38,778 nt of DNA from Desulfuromonadaceae bacterium UBA6124 (GCA_002423365.1 DIVU01000161.1:1950-40727), one strand, 5' to 3'; counted from the first letter of the stretch, positions 8,486 through 19,050 are shown. Made by a program: numbers and translations. The notes: a model not told the origin generated them from the letters alone.

Positions 8486-9967
8486 TTAGGCCTCTGCGCC
8501 AGAGCTCAGAATGTCATGAACGATCTCTCCGTAATCGTATGACATTCGGCTCGCATACTGCTCCTCGGAAATATCGCCTTGGGCCAGCTGGGCTGCAAGA
8601 TGCTTGGCGTCGAGCAGGTAGTCAATCCATTCGTCGATAGAATTGTGCATGATGACGTTGTATACGTGGCACACTTTCTTCTGGGAAATGCGGTGAATCC
8701 GATCTTGTGCCTGCAAGTAGTCGTCCAGGCTAAAACTTCTGTCATAGAAGAGTACGTGATTGGCAACCGTAAGCGTCAGCCCCTCTTTCGCCGACCCCGG
8801 TGTGGCAATCAATATATTCGCATCTGGTTTATGCAGGAACTGCTGCAATGATGTCTCGCGATCGTCCTGCTTCATCCGGCCGTGAATTCTCACCGTACCA
8901 AAAGATCGGAACTTCTTCGCGAGCCATTCAACATTATCGACAAAACCAGTCCACAGAATGCACTTCTCCTTCGCATCCATAATCTGCTTAACGATCCGCT
9001 CCGTTGGGGCAAGCTTGCCAGGCTCAGCATTGTAGGATTCATCGACTAAATAGGGGTTTGAGGCAATCTGAAGTAAACGAGTCAATCGCTTAACCAGCTC
9101 GTCCGAATCGTCCCGCAGTGGCACGCCATTATGGACAATCTCCGCCCAGGTCTGCTTTCGCACCTTCTCGTAAAGACGCAGCTGTTCCGGCTCCCATTCG
9201 GCGGGCACGGCCTCGACGACCTTCTCCGGGAGCTGAATAACTCCCCCCGCCTTTGTCTCCCTCACGGCAAAACGAGCAATGCGCGAGTGCAGGGCAGCTA
9301 GGGTCTCCTCGAAAGAGTTTCGGCGTTGTGAATTACTCGCCAAATCGTTTGAAAGATTGGCTGCCCGCTTGAAGTCTGGAAAACTCGTCCCAAGAGATAC
9401 ACCTTGGTCCAAGAACCATACTTGCGCCCAGAGATCGTAGGGACGATTAGCGATCGGAGTGCCGGTCATAATAACCCGTCGCTTGAACCGTGGCGCAAGG
9501 TCGAAGAATGCCTTGGCGGTTGTGGAGGAAGGGTTCTTTATCTTTGTGGCTTCATCAAGGATGACACCAACATCGCGAGTTCTCAGAAACAGCGCGAGTC
9601 GAGCGTGCTCGCTTACCACCACTTCATAGTGCGTCAAGATCAGACGTGAAGGACTATTGAGTACTAAGTAATTGTTACGTCTGTCTTGTGTCAGAAGCTT
9701 TGGGCGGAGATAGGTATGGGCTTGAAGTTCACGTTCCCAATTCCGAATCAATCCTTTCTTTACAACGAACAGGACTGTATCGACAAGTCTCTGATGAAGC
9801 CAGTACAGCATCAAGTCTATCGCAATCTTGGTCTTGCCGAGCCCTTGCTCATGGAATACCGCTCCAAACTCGAGATCACGAAGCGCGGCTACAGCGTTCG
9901 TCTGATAAGCATACGCTTGGTATTTGCAGTCCAAACGCGGTTCCTTACGCAGTACAATCTTCGGCAT
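8486..9967 (-). CDS. Stand-alone SNF2-family SF2 ATPase/helicase
   Basis: HEQGLGKT (I), ILDEAT (II), MTGTP (III), SAKEGLTL..ANHV (V), QAQDRIHRISQ (VI). Confidence 0.9.
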   Translation of the reverse strand: MPKIVLRKEPRLDCKYQAYAYQTNAVAALRDLEFGAVFHEQGLGKTKIAIDLMLYWLHQRLVDTVLFVVKKGLIRNWERELQAHTYLRPKLLTQDRRNNYLVLNSPSRLILTHYEVVVSEHARLALFLRTRDVGVILDEATKIKNPSSTTAKAFFDLAPRFKRRVIMTGTPIANRPYDLWAQVWFLDQGVSLGTSFPDFKRAANLSNDLASNSQRRNSFEETLAALHSRIARFAVRETKAGGVIQLPEKVVEAVPAEWEPEQLRLYEKVRKQTWAEIVHNGVPLRDDSDELVKRLTRLLQIASNPYLVDESYNAEPGKLAPTERIVKQIMDAKEKCILWTGFVDNVEWLAKKFRSFGTVRIHGRMKQDDRETSLQQFLHKPDANILIATPGSAKEGLTLTVANHVLFYDRSFSLDDYLQAQDRIHRISQKKVCHVYNVIMHNSIDEWIDYLLDAKHLAAQLAQGDISEEQYASRMSYDYGEIVHDILSSGAEA

Positions 9968-9984
9968 CTCAATTCCGCTTCACT

Positions 9985-10395
9985 TTAGCCAGGCAGTTGA
10001 TCCAGCACGACATGGCCATTGCTAGGTATGTCGAGGTCCCTACATATACGGGCCAAGATGCTCCTGGCGAGACGTGTCATATCCCACGGAACAGCCAATA
10101 CCAGTCGAGTTGTCAGGCCAGAATCACGGGTCTCCAAGAAGGCGGTCAACTGATCGAGTGTATGCTTGGTCTGCAAGTCCCAACGCGTCTTTGCCTCGCC
10201 AATCACAAGTTGAGAGTGTCGCGTATCGCGAACATATACGTCGGGTAGATAGCCATGAATCTTTGGAGGCCGGCTCAACCTCGTAAAATCTGGGTGGTCG
10301 ACAAGCATAAGCCCGGGGTCACCTGTGAGACAGTTGGCGCAAATCCAGTGCGCGAGGAGAGCAACCAGGGAGAGATGCGAAGAGGACTCGGACAT
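9985..10395 (-). CDS. Small putative PD-(D/E)xK nuclease
   Basis: E...H N-terminal helix, GYLPDVY and VIGEAKT. TAATG stop/start overlap with the upstream ParB-like gene. Confidence 0.7.
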   Translation of the reverse strand: MSESSSHLSLVALLAHWICANCLTGDPGLMLVDHPDFTRLSRPPKIHGYLPDVYVRDTRHSQLVIGEAKTRWDLQTKHTLDQLTAFLETRDSGLTTRLVLAVPWDMTRLARSILARICRDLDIPSNGHVVLDQLPG

Positions 10396-11408
10396 TACTC
10401 TTCAATCCCTATATCGCGGCACAAATCGACAAGAACATCTTTGGACTCAAACAACGCAGTGACATCCGAATCGTTGCGGCGCCGACGCATGCTCTGCAGC
10501 TCGGTGTAATTCAGGGTATCAATGCGTCTGCAAAACTCTCGCGCGAGTTCTTCCAGCGGGGTCTCTTGCAAGTTGGAGCTTGACGCGGGCGAATCCACAA
10601 CCTTCGCTGCTTCGGCTATATTGGAGTCGAGGAAGACACGCCGGGCCCTATCGTCCTTCAAGACTTGCGGCAACTTGCGAATCATCTGTAATGGGTAGAG
10701 CTTATGCGTATGTACCCATTCTGCAAAGTCCCCTTTGGTAAAACCCGCCTTGGCTATGGCTTCCTTTATCGTCTGTTTCTGAAGTTCAACGAAGGCGCTG
10801 AAGCGGGAGGCATCAAAGTCCTGGTCGCTCTCGATAACGGCGCGGTAGTGCGTCTCCATATCCGTGTAGGCGTCGATATATCGCTGAACATCCCGGCGGT
10901 CCCCGCCGCAGAAGTCGACGATTTGAGAAAAGGCAAGATTCTGGCGATTTCGTAGCATGTCGAGGTACTTGGCTTTAGAATACGGGTCCCATTCACGCGT
11001 CCCGACCAGATGCGCTTGGAGGCGTATTGCGTCTATCCCCTCTGGGTTAAGATCGTCATAGACCATCGCAGGAATGGAGGCCCATGGGCCATCGGGTTGA
11101 GTCCTCCGTAACTCGCGGTAAATATAAGTCCGCGTATTGCCTTCTATGACAACCAGTCTTCCGTCGGCATGGCGATTTACGATAATGGGGTGAATTATTC
11201 CACGGTTCGTCTGGATGGACTGTCTTAGTCCTTGAAAACTCGGCCCGCTGGCGTCGTCCCGGGCTCCACCGGATAGGGCCAGCTCAACCTGTTCGCGAGT
11301 CGGATTTGGATACATCTCGAGAATCCGAGCCACCCGCGGATTCGCGAGATCCATTTCAAGCGATTCAATGTCCAGGAGCTCAAACGCGCAGTTCAGCTGG
11401 TCTGCCAT
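10395..11408 (-). CDS. ParB/Srx-like N-terminal domain protein (copy 1)
   Basis: ATG11408 after GGAGAGAGGA. NPRV...SIQTNRGIIHPIIV...VVIEGNTR and HLVGTREWDPYSKA. Confidence 0.82.
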   Translation of the reverse strand: MADQLNCAFELLDIESLEMDLANPRVARILEMYPNPTREQVELALSGGARDDASGPSFQGLRQSIQTNRGIIHPIIVNRHADGRLVVIEGNTRTYIYRELRRTQPDGPWASIPAMVYDDLNPEGIDAIRLQAHLVGTREWDPYSKAKYLDMLRNRQNLAFSQIVDFCGGDRRDVQRYIDAYTDMETHYRAVIESDQDFDASRFSAFVELQKQTIKEAIAKAGFTKGDFAEWVHTHKLYPLQMIRKLPQVLKDDRARRVFLDSNIAEAAKVVDSPASSSNLQETPLEELAREFCRRIDTLNYTELQSMRRRRNDSDVTALFESKDVLVDLCRDIGIEE

Positions 11409-11479
11409 CTTCCTCTCTCCAGTGGCCCAGCATTTGGACCGAGCGCGATAACAAAGAATTGTTCTTCTTTGACTACATA

Positions 11480-11516
11480 ATAAAGAAACACCGACTCCGA
11501 GGGTGGGAGTCGGCGC
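11480..11516 (-). terminator. Intrinsic-terminator-like hairpin, possibly bidirectional
   Basis: CCGACTCC (11491-98) pairs with GGAGTCGG (11506-13). T-rich tails on both strands. Confidence 0.5.
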
Positions 11517-11718
11517 TTTATTTTCCCTGGGGCCACCCTCTGGATCATCAGGTGACATTCTCTGAACACCAAGGGATCTACGACACTTATTTTTACCACA
11601 AATCTGCAACTCTCGGCAAGAACGCTGAGAGCCGGCCCCACAAAATAGGACAGGCGGTTAAGTGGAAACTCTGCTCTACTTGACGGGACAACTCGACGGC
11701 CCCTCAAGGAGAGCAGCC

Positions 11719-11739
11719 CATCCTCCGGGACCCGGCCGT
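11719..11739 (+). repeat. CATCCTCCGGGACCCGGCCGT end motif at the right island border
   Basis: 20/21 identical to 1187-1207. Confidence 0.75.
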
Positions 11740-11960
11740 TTGATCGGTGTCAAGGCAGATCCCTCCTTGCGATGTCGGGACATCGTGTGGGATGGGTCTC
11801 TGGGTCCGGGGCTCTCGAGAGTCCGCTCCGAGGGACGCCTTCCGCGCTCCATCGTAGCGGTGCCATGCGGCGCCGGCACGCGGTGCCGGGCCCAACCGGC
11901 CTCGTTCGAGCGGCGGAAGTAATGTGTGTAATGTGGGACGTTTCAGCCGAATTAACCTTG

Positions 11961-12255
11961 TTGTCCTCCGGGACGTTGCCTCCGAACCTGCTGTCTGCTA
12001 GCCATGACCCCATCATGCCCCGGGAGGGACGGCTCGATGTCCCCACGCCCCTTCATCACGTGATGGGGTTCAAGCTGTTTCTAGCTGGCCACTGTGGGAT
12101 ACGGGACGATGTCAACTTCATCAACTTTTCGATATTTCCGCTCCGCCTCGCTGCGTCCATCCCCTAACGTGAATTATCCGCCTGCGACCAACCGGCGTGT
12201 GCGTGCGGAACGCGCCGCGGCATCTGCCGGGCCGGCGTTTTCGTTGATGCTTTCG
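11961..12255 (+). repeat. Repeat module A (long form), RAYT-derived miniature element
   Basis: ~295 bp near-identical to 17474-17769. Encodes MPREGRLDVPTPLHHVMG. Contains GGGACGATGTCAACT, the reverse complement of the module B end. Followed by TCATCCGGAAC. Confidence 0.92.
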
Positions 12256-12282
12256 TCATCCGGAACGAGAGGCGAGAAGCCC

Positions 12283-12326
12283 TTGACACGGGGCAAAGCC
12301 GACGATACCGTATTCATACATTGTAT
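12283..12326 (+). promoter_or_regulatory. Promoter and probable operator of the RHH-PIN pair
   Basis: TTGACA-17 nt-TACCGT. Palindrome ATACA-T-TGTAT at 12316-12326. Confidence 0.6.
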
Positions 12327-12350
12327 TACAGGTAGAAAGGGGTGTCTCGC

Positions 12351-12638
12351 ATGGCCGAACGCAAACTCATCACGATCTCGGTCTCGCCCCAGCTCCTCGA
12401 CAAGGCGGAGCGCCTCGCGGCGCAGGAGAATCGGACCAAGTCGGAGCTGGTGCGCGAGGCCTTGCGCCTTTACATCGACACGAGCGAGCTCCGGCGGCGG
12501 ACCACGCGGGAGCAACTTGCCCCCCTTCTGGACCGCGTCCAGACGCGGACCCTCGCCGTCCCGCCCCTTGAGATCCGGCGCCTCATCCGCGAGGCGGTGC
12601 GGGCGGCCCGGCGTACCGCGCCCTCGGTCAAGGCATGA
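12351..12638 (+). CDS. CopG/ribbon-helix-helix antitoxin
   Basis: LITISVS...AERLA..ENRTKSELVREAL. ATGA overlap with the PIN gene. Confidence 0.88.
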   Translation: MAERKLITISVSPQLLDKAERLAAQENRTKSELVREALRLYIDTSELRRRTTREQLAPLLDRVQTRTLAVPPLEIRRLIREAVRAARRTAPSVKA

Positions 12639-13069
12639 GAGTCGTCCTCGACACCAATGTGGTCGTGTCGGCCGCGCTCATCCGGGGCGGCAATGAAGAC
12701 CGCATTCTCCGCGCCTGGCAGCGTGGGGCGTTCGACGTGGTGGTGTCCCAAGCAGTCCTCGCAGAGATCGGACGGGCGCTTCTCTACGAGAAGCTTCGGA
12801 AATTCCGCTGGATGTCCGAGGCGGAGATCGTCGCACTCCTCGAACTGCTCGGGCAAGAAAGCATCCTCGTCCCGGGACGCGTGACGGTGACGGAGAGTCG
12901 GGATCCCACCGATGACAAGTTTCTCGCGGCCGCGATCGAGGGGCGCGCCGGGTACCTGATATCTGGCGACAAGGATCTCCTGACGGTCAAGCCCCCCCGC
13001 GGGATCCGGATTGTCCGTCCCGCCGCGTTCCTGGAGATTCTCCGGAAAGGAAGAGATCCCAGGCCGTAG
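12635..13069 (+). CDS. PIN-domain toxin (VapC-like, PIN_3 type)
   Basis: VVLDTNVVVSA, RDPTDDKFL, LISGDKDLL acidic active-site motifs. Confidence 0.92.
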   Translation: MRVVLDTNVVVSAALIRGGNEDRILRAWQRGAFDVVVSQAVLAEIGRALLYEKLRKFRWMSEAEIVALLELLGQESILVPGRVTVTESRDPTDDKFLAAAIEGRAGYLISGDKDLLTVKPPRGIRIVRPAAFLEILRKGRDPRP

Positions 13070-13197
13070 ACGGGGATCAATCCGTCGGGGACCGCCACGC
13101 ACTCCCGCGGGAAGATGGAAAGCGGGCAGACCGCATCGCCCGCGTGGCCCCCGGCGGCGGAAAGCCGGCCTGGCTCCGCCTCAGAGACGACCGCCCC

Positions 13198-13268
13198 TGT
13201 CTTGGCGGAGGACGAGGGGACCGGTTCCGTATAAGTTTATAAAGTTGACATCGTCCCCTAACTTGACA
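13198..13268 (+). repeat. Repeat module B, second copy
   Basis: 67/71 identical to 1207-1277. Confidence 0.9.
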
Positions 13269-13412
13269 GTCGCTGCTTCCTCAAGGCTCTGGCCCAGTAT
13301 CTTTCCGAAGCGAGCCGGGGAGGTGTCGTGATCGCCGGGCTGGTGCCGCCCTGCGGTGAACCGTCGGCCGAACCAGGAGCGGTCGGCCGCGAGAGAGAAG
13401 GGAGGGGGACAG

Positions 13413-15014
<1,602 letters not shown>

Positions 15015-15072
15015 CCGGAGGTGTACGGTTTCACCCCAAAGCCCTTGCGACGCCGAGGTCGTCATACGCAAC

Positions 15073-15332
15073 ACGTCATCCGGGACGTTGCTTCCGAACC
15101 TGCTGTGTGCTAGCCATGACCCCATCATGCCCCGGGAGGGACGGCGCGATGCCCCCACGTCCCTTCATCACGTGATGGGGTTCAAGCTGTTTCCGGCTGG
15201 CCACTGGTTCGGGCACAGACCGCTGGCCAACCGGAAGCGATCCGGCTGACCTCCTTCGGGCTCGTCATCGTATGCGAGCGGGCAGTTCACGGAAACCGGT
15301 TCGTCTACAAGTATTTTCTGCACCTACGTCCC
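15073..15332 (+). repeat. Composite miniature element: module A left part + module C
   Basis: 15077-15206 matches the A copies and 15242-15331 matches 192-281. Bounded by GGGACGT ... ACGTCCC. Confidence 0.88.
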
Positions 15333-15446
15333 CTCAGGCATTCGGGCAGCCCGACTTATGACGTCGCGCGCGTCGCGCTGCCTCCCGGCCGAACATCTGC
15401 GCGTCAAAGTGGCTTTGGAGTCGTGTGTTTCATCCCGTGTTCAGAA

Positions 15447-15542
15447 TTGACTATAGTTCACGTAACGTGTACATTTAATAAAGATGAACATACATGATCT
15501 CAGCCTCGGGTCCAGGCCTGGCTGTGTTCACGATCCGTGAAC
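15447..15542 (+). promoter_or_regulatory. Promoter with two operator palindromes upstream of the abiE-like pair
   Basis: TTGACT-17-TACATT. GTTCACG-N3-CGTGTAC at 15456-72 and perfect GTTCACG-N3-CGTGAAC at 15526-42. Confidence 0.7.
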
Positions 15543-15566
15543 GATCACAGAACTTGAACAGAGGGA

Positions 15567-16631
15567 ATGGTCATGCGGCTGGCTGAGCGAGAGCACAAGC
15601 TCCTGGAGGATGCGCTGGAGGCATTCATCCGCGGGACGGGATTGCATGCCGCCATCCTCGCCGACGAGCCAAAGACTGTTGAGGGCCGTTACCCCGATGC
15701 GGTGATCGAGGTCGGGGGACCTGGCAAGCCGCTCCGGCTCGCCACGAAGATCAGGGCCATCGATCGGGCCATCGCCCTCGCCACGGCCAAGCAGCATCTC
15801 GAAAGGCTCGGTAAGCCGGGCCTGCTCGTGACGCCCTACCTGACCGCCGAGCTTGCCGCCTACTGTCGGACGACGCTCGACCTCCAGTTCATGGACACGG
15901 CCGGGAACGCGTACCTGCGCGCCCCGGGCCTGTACGTCTTCATCCGAGGTGAGCGTCCGCGGGGCGGGGTGGGACGGGCCGCCGGCACCCGGGGCGGAGG
16001 CACGGCGGCCGCGCTGCGCGTCGTGTTCGCCCTGCTCTGCGCGCCGGAACTCCTCAACGCTCCGTATCGGGACATCGCACGCGCTGCCGGTGTCGCGCTG
16101 GGTGGGGTGGGGTTGGTGCTCCTCGACCTCCACGGTAGAGGCTACGTGCTGGGCGCTCAGCGCACCCGCGATCGCCGCCTGAGAGAGCCGGGACGACTGG
16201 CTGAGGAATGGGTAACCAACTACCCGATCAAGCTACGTCCGCGGCTCAATCCGCGCCGGTTCGGTGTGGCCGACCCGCGCTGGTGGCAGCAGGCCAGGCT
16301 GCCGGAGGGCGCCTTCTGGGGGGGAGAAGTTGCCGCCGCCAAGCTCACCAGGCATCTGAATCCGACAACTTACACGATCTACATCGATCCGGGCAAGCGG
16401 CGCGAAGGTATCGGCCTGCTGGTGCGAGACCATCGGCTGCGCGCCGACCCGGACGGCCAGCTCGAGATCCTTGACGCCTTCTGGAATTTCCCGGGGAGGG
16501 CAAAGCAGCCCGATCTCGTGCCGCCGCTCCTGGTCTATGCTGACCTGTTGGCCACCCTGGATCCTCGCAATCTGGAGATCGCCAAGCGGATCCGGGAAGA
16601 ACACGTGGACCATGCGCTCCGTTCCGCGTGA
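15567..16631 (+). CDS. Type IV TA antitoxin, AbiEi-like
   Basis: FMDTAGNAYL, central HTH (YRDIARAAGVALG), WGGEVAA, PLLVYADL. Overlaps the NTase gene. Confidence 0.85.
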   Translation: MVMRLAEREHKLLEDALEAFIRGTGLHAAILADEPKTVEGRYPDAVIEVGGPGKPLRLATKIRAIDRAIALATAKQHLERLGKPGLLVTPYLTAELAAYCRTTLDLQFMDTAGNAYLRAPGLYVFIRGERPRGGVGRAAGTRGGGTAAALRVVFALLCAPELLNAPYRDIARAAGVALGGVGLVLLDLHGRGYVLGAQRTRDRRLREPGRLAEEWVTNYPIKLRPRLNPRRFGVADPRWWQQARLPEGAFWGGEVAAAKLTRHLNPTTYTIYIDPGKRREGIGLLVRDHRLRADPDGQLEILDAFWNFPGRAKQPDLVPPLLVYADLLATLDPRNLEIAKRIREEHVDHALRSA

Positions 16632-17469
16632 GCGTCGTCTCGATCCGGATATGCTGGAAGTCTTGCGACACGTGGATGGTGTGGCGCGGGATCTGGCCGT
16701 CGACTATTTTGTGGTCGGGGCGATGGCACGGGACATCCTGCTGACCGGTGTCTTCGGGCTCTCGGCGGGGCGGGCAACCCGAGACGTGGATCTCGCGGTG
16801 GCCATGAAGGACTGGCAGGAATTCGAAGCGATGAAGAGCCGCCTCGTTCGAGCGGGTGCGTTCGGAACCGACGAGCGCATCGCGCAGCGGCTGTACTGCC
16901 TGTTCGGCTCCGGCGACACCGGTTATCCTGTCGATCTCATTCCATTCGGCGGCGTGGAGCAGCGAGAGGGCATAATCGCCTGGCCGCCCGATGGCGCCAT
17001 GGTGATGAATGTGGCCGGTTATGGCGAGGCGTTCGCTTCCGCCATCCTGGTAGAAGTGGAGCCCGGCTTCGCCCCCCGCGTGGTCTCCTTGGCGGGCCTG
17101 GCAATCCTCAAGTTTATCGCGTGGGGCGAACGGGGCGCCGGCGATTCCCGCGACGCGATCGACCTCGCAACTCTGCTCCGCCAGTACGGAGCTGCGGGCA
17201 ACGCGGACCGGTTATACGGGGCCGAGATCGGCGTCCTGGAAGCCGTGAGCTACGATTTCGATCTCGCCGGGGCCCGGTTGCTCGGGATGGATGCCGGGCG
17301 CATCGTGGCGCCATCGACACGGAAACAGATCGTCACACTGTTTGACGACTCGGCGCGCGTGGACCGCCTTGTTCTCCATCTGGCCCAGGGGCTGCGCGCC
17401 GCGCAGAGCGCTCTGGCCGAGGCTGGCCAGTTGCTTGCCCAATTTCAAGCAGGATTCCAGGGGCTGTGA
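16612..17469 (+). CDS. Type IV TA toxin, AbiEii-like nucleotidyltransferase
   Basis: VVGAMARD, RATRDVD, DLIPFG, LK..AW..R...D..D. Confidence 0.85.
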   Translation: MRSVPRERRLDPDMLEVLRHVDGVARDLAVDYFVVGAMARDILLTGVFGLSAGRATRDVDLAVAMKDWQEFEAMKSRLVRAGAFGTDERIAQRLYCLFGSGDTGYPVDLIPFGGVEQREGIIAWPPDGAMVMNVAGYGEAFASAILVEVEPGFAPRVVSLAGLAILKFIAWGERGAGDSRDAIDLATLLRQYGAAGNADRLYGAEIGVLEAVSYDFDLAGARLLGMDAGRIVAPSTRKQIVTLFDDSARVDRLVLHLAQGLRAAQSALAEAGQLLAQFQAGFQGL

Positions 17470-17473
17470 CGCC

Positions 17474-17769
17474 TTGTCCTCCGGGACGTTGCCTCCGAAC
17501 CTGCTGTGTGCTAGCCATGACCCCATTATGGCCCGGGAGGGACGGCTCGATGCCCCCACGCCCCTTCATCACGTGATGGGGTTCAAGCTGTTTCCAGCTG
17601 GCCACTGTGGGATACGGGACGATGGCAACTTCATCAACTATTCGATCCTCCCCGCTCCGCCTCGCTGCGTCCATCCCCTGACGTGAGTTATCCGCCTGCG
17701 ACCAACCGGCGTGTGCGTGCGGAACGCGCCGCGGCATCTGCCGGGCCGGCGTTTTCGTTGGTGCATTCG
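17474..17769 (+). repeat. Repeat module A (long form), second copy
   Basis: Near-identical to 11961-12255. Starts 4 nt after the abiEii stop. Confidence 0.92.
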
Positions 17770-17843
17770 AGGAGTGCGGCCTATGATCTGCCGCGCGCCA
17801 GCAGGGGGGGATCGAGACGGGGACCGCGGGGCGGGGAGGGGGC

Positions 17844-18731
17844 ATGGGAAACGATCCCAGGGAGATCGATCTGCGGGCCGCCGCGCTGGTCATCCTGCTG
17901 GCCTGTATCTGGGGCGGGAATCCGATCGCCATCAAGCTGAGCCTGGCGGACGCCCCGCCCATCCGTCAGGCCTGGATGCGCTTCGTCCTCGGCGGGCTCA
18001 CCGTGCTCGCCTGGGCCTGGCAGAGCCGGATGCCCCTCCGCATCGCGCGGCAGGAGGTGGGCCCGCTCCTGCTCCTCGGCGTCCTGTTCACGGTGCAGAT
18101 CGGCCTCATGAATCTGGGGGTGAAGTACACCTCCGCCTCGAACGTGGCGGTCCTGCTCAACGCCTATCCCATCTATACCGTCCTCCTGTCCCATCTCTTC
18201 GTGCCGGGGGACCGACTGACGGGCGGGCGGGCGGTGGGGGCGCTCCTCGCCTACGCGGGCGTGATCCTCCTCTTCGCCCAGGAGTTCCGCCTCAGCTCGG
18301 CCGGCCTGGCGGGGGATGCCATCGTCTCGGGAAGCGCCTTTCTCCTGGGGGTGAGGACCATCTGCATGAACCGGGTCGTGCAGCGGATCGAGCCGGTGAA
18401 GCTGCTCCTCGCCCAGGTGGCCTTCGGTGTGCCCTGCTTCCTTCTCTGGAGCGCCGCCGCGGAGGCCGGGGAGCCCACCCGCTACACCGGAGCGCTCCTC
18501 CTCTCGCTGCTCTTCCAGGGGGTCGTCGTCGCGGGGTTCAACTTCATCCTGAACCTCCGCCTCCTCCGGATCTACAAACCGAGCGGCCTCGCGTCGTACT
18601 ATCTGGCCACGCCCCTCTTCGGCGTCTTCCTGAGCTGGCTGATCCTCGGCGAGGCGGTGGCGGGCCACCTCCTGCTGTCCGCCTGCCTGGTGGTCGGCGG
18701 GATCGCCCTGGCCAACCGCCGCCCCGCCTGA
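17844..18731 (+). CDS. DMT/EamA-family transporter
   Basis: About 10 TM segments in two repeats. IWGGN, R.VLG, TSAS, P.FGV..SW.ILGE. Confidence 0.9.
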   Translation: MGNDPREIDLRAAALVILLACIWGGNPIAIKLSLADAPPIRQAWMRFVLGGLTVLAWAWQSRMPLRIARQEVGPLLLLGVLFTVQIGLMNLGVKYTSASNVAVLLNAYPIYTVLLSHLFVPGDRLTGGRAVGALLAYAGVILLFAQEFRLSSAGLAGDAIVSGSAFLLGVRTICMNRVVQRIEPVKLLLAQVAFGVPCFLLWSAAAEAGEPTRYTGALLLSLLFQGVVVAGFNFILNLRLLRIYKPSGLASYYLATPLFGVFLSWLILGEAVAGHLLLSACLVVGGIALANRRPA

Positions 18732-18781
18732 CCGCGGACCGCCGCCCCGGGAGATCCGAGCATCCCACCACCTCTCCATGC

Positions 18782-19050
18782 CATCCGGGACGTTGCCTCC
18801 GAACCTGCTGTCTGCTAGCCATGACCCCATTATGCCCCGGGAGGGACGGCTCGATGTCCCCACGCTCTTTCATCACGTGATGGGGCGGGGTCTGGAGCGG
18901 CGGGTTCTCTTCCGTATCGATGCCGACCGCGCCGACTTCCTCGCCCGGCGGGCGCCCCTGGCCCCGGGCGGTGTCCTCACCGGGCCCACCTGGACCCTCC
19001 TTCCCAATCACGTCCATCCCCTGACACAACCTGGGACTCATCCCCTGTCT
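18782..19050 (+). pseudogene. Module A end plus truncated RAYT/IS200-like (Y1 HUH) transposase
   Basis: ATG18832 gives MPREGRLDVPTLFHHVMGRGLERRVLF..D.DR..FL...WTLLPNHVHPL, including the HUH motif. Similarity is lost after ~19050 and the catalytic Tyr region is absent. Confidence 0.85.

Larger units (their letters stand above)
2050..11718. mobile_element. Lower-GC genomic (probable defence) island
   Basis: Visibly more A/T-rich, with many A/T third codon positions compared with pckA or fba. Near tRNA-Phe, bordered by an IS remnant and repeat motifs. No integrase seen. Confidence 0.75.

Noticed and set aside
7476-11408. Plasmid/prophage partitioning or a prophage
   Set aside because: No ParA, Rep, integrase or structural phage genes.
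11409-11609. Longer N-termini in the ORF track (11609; also 3188, 5933, 16471, 30808, 32441)
   Set aside because: Downstream starts have better RBS or promoter context and begin at the recognisable domain.
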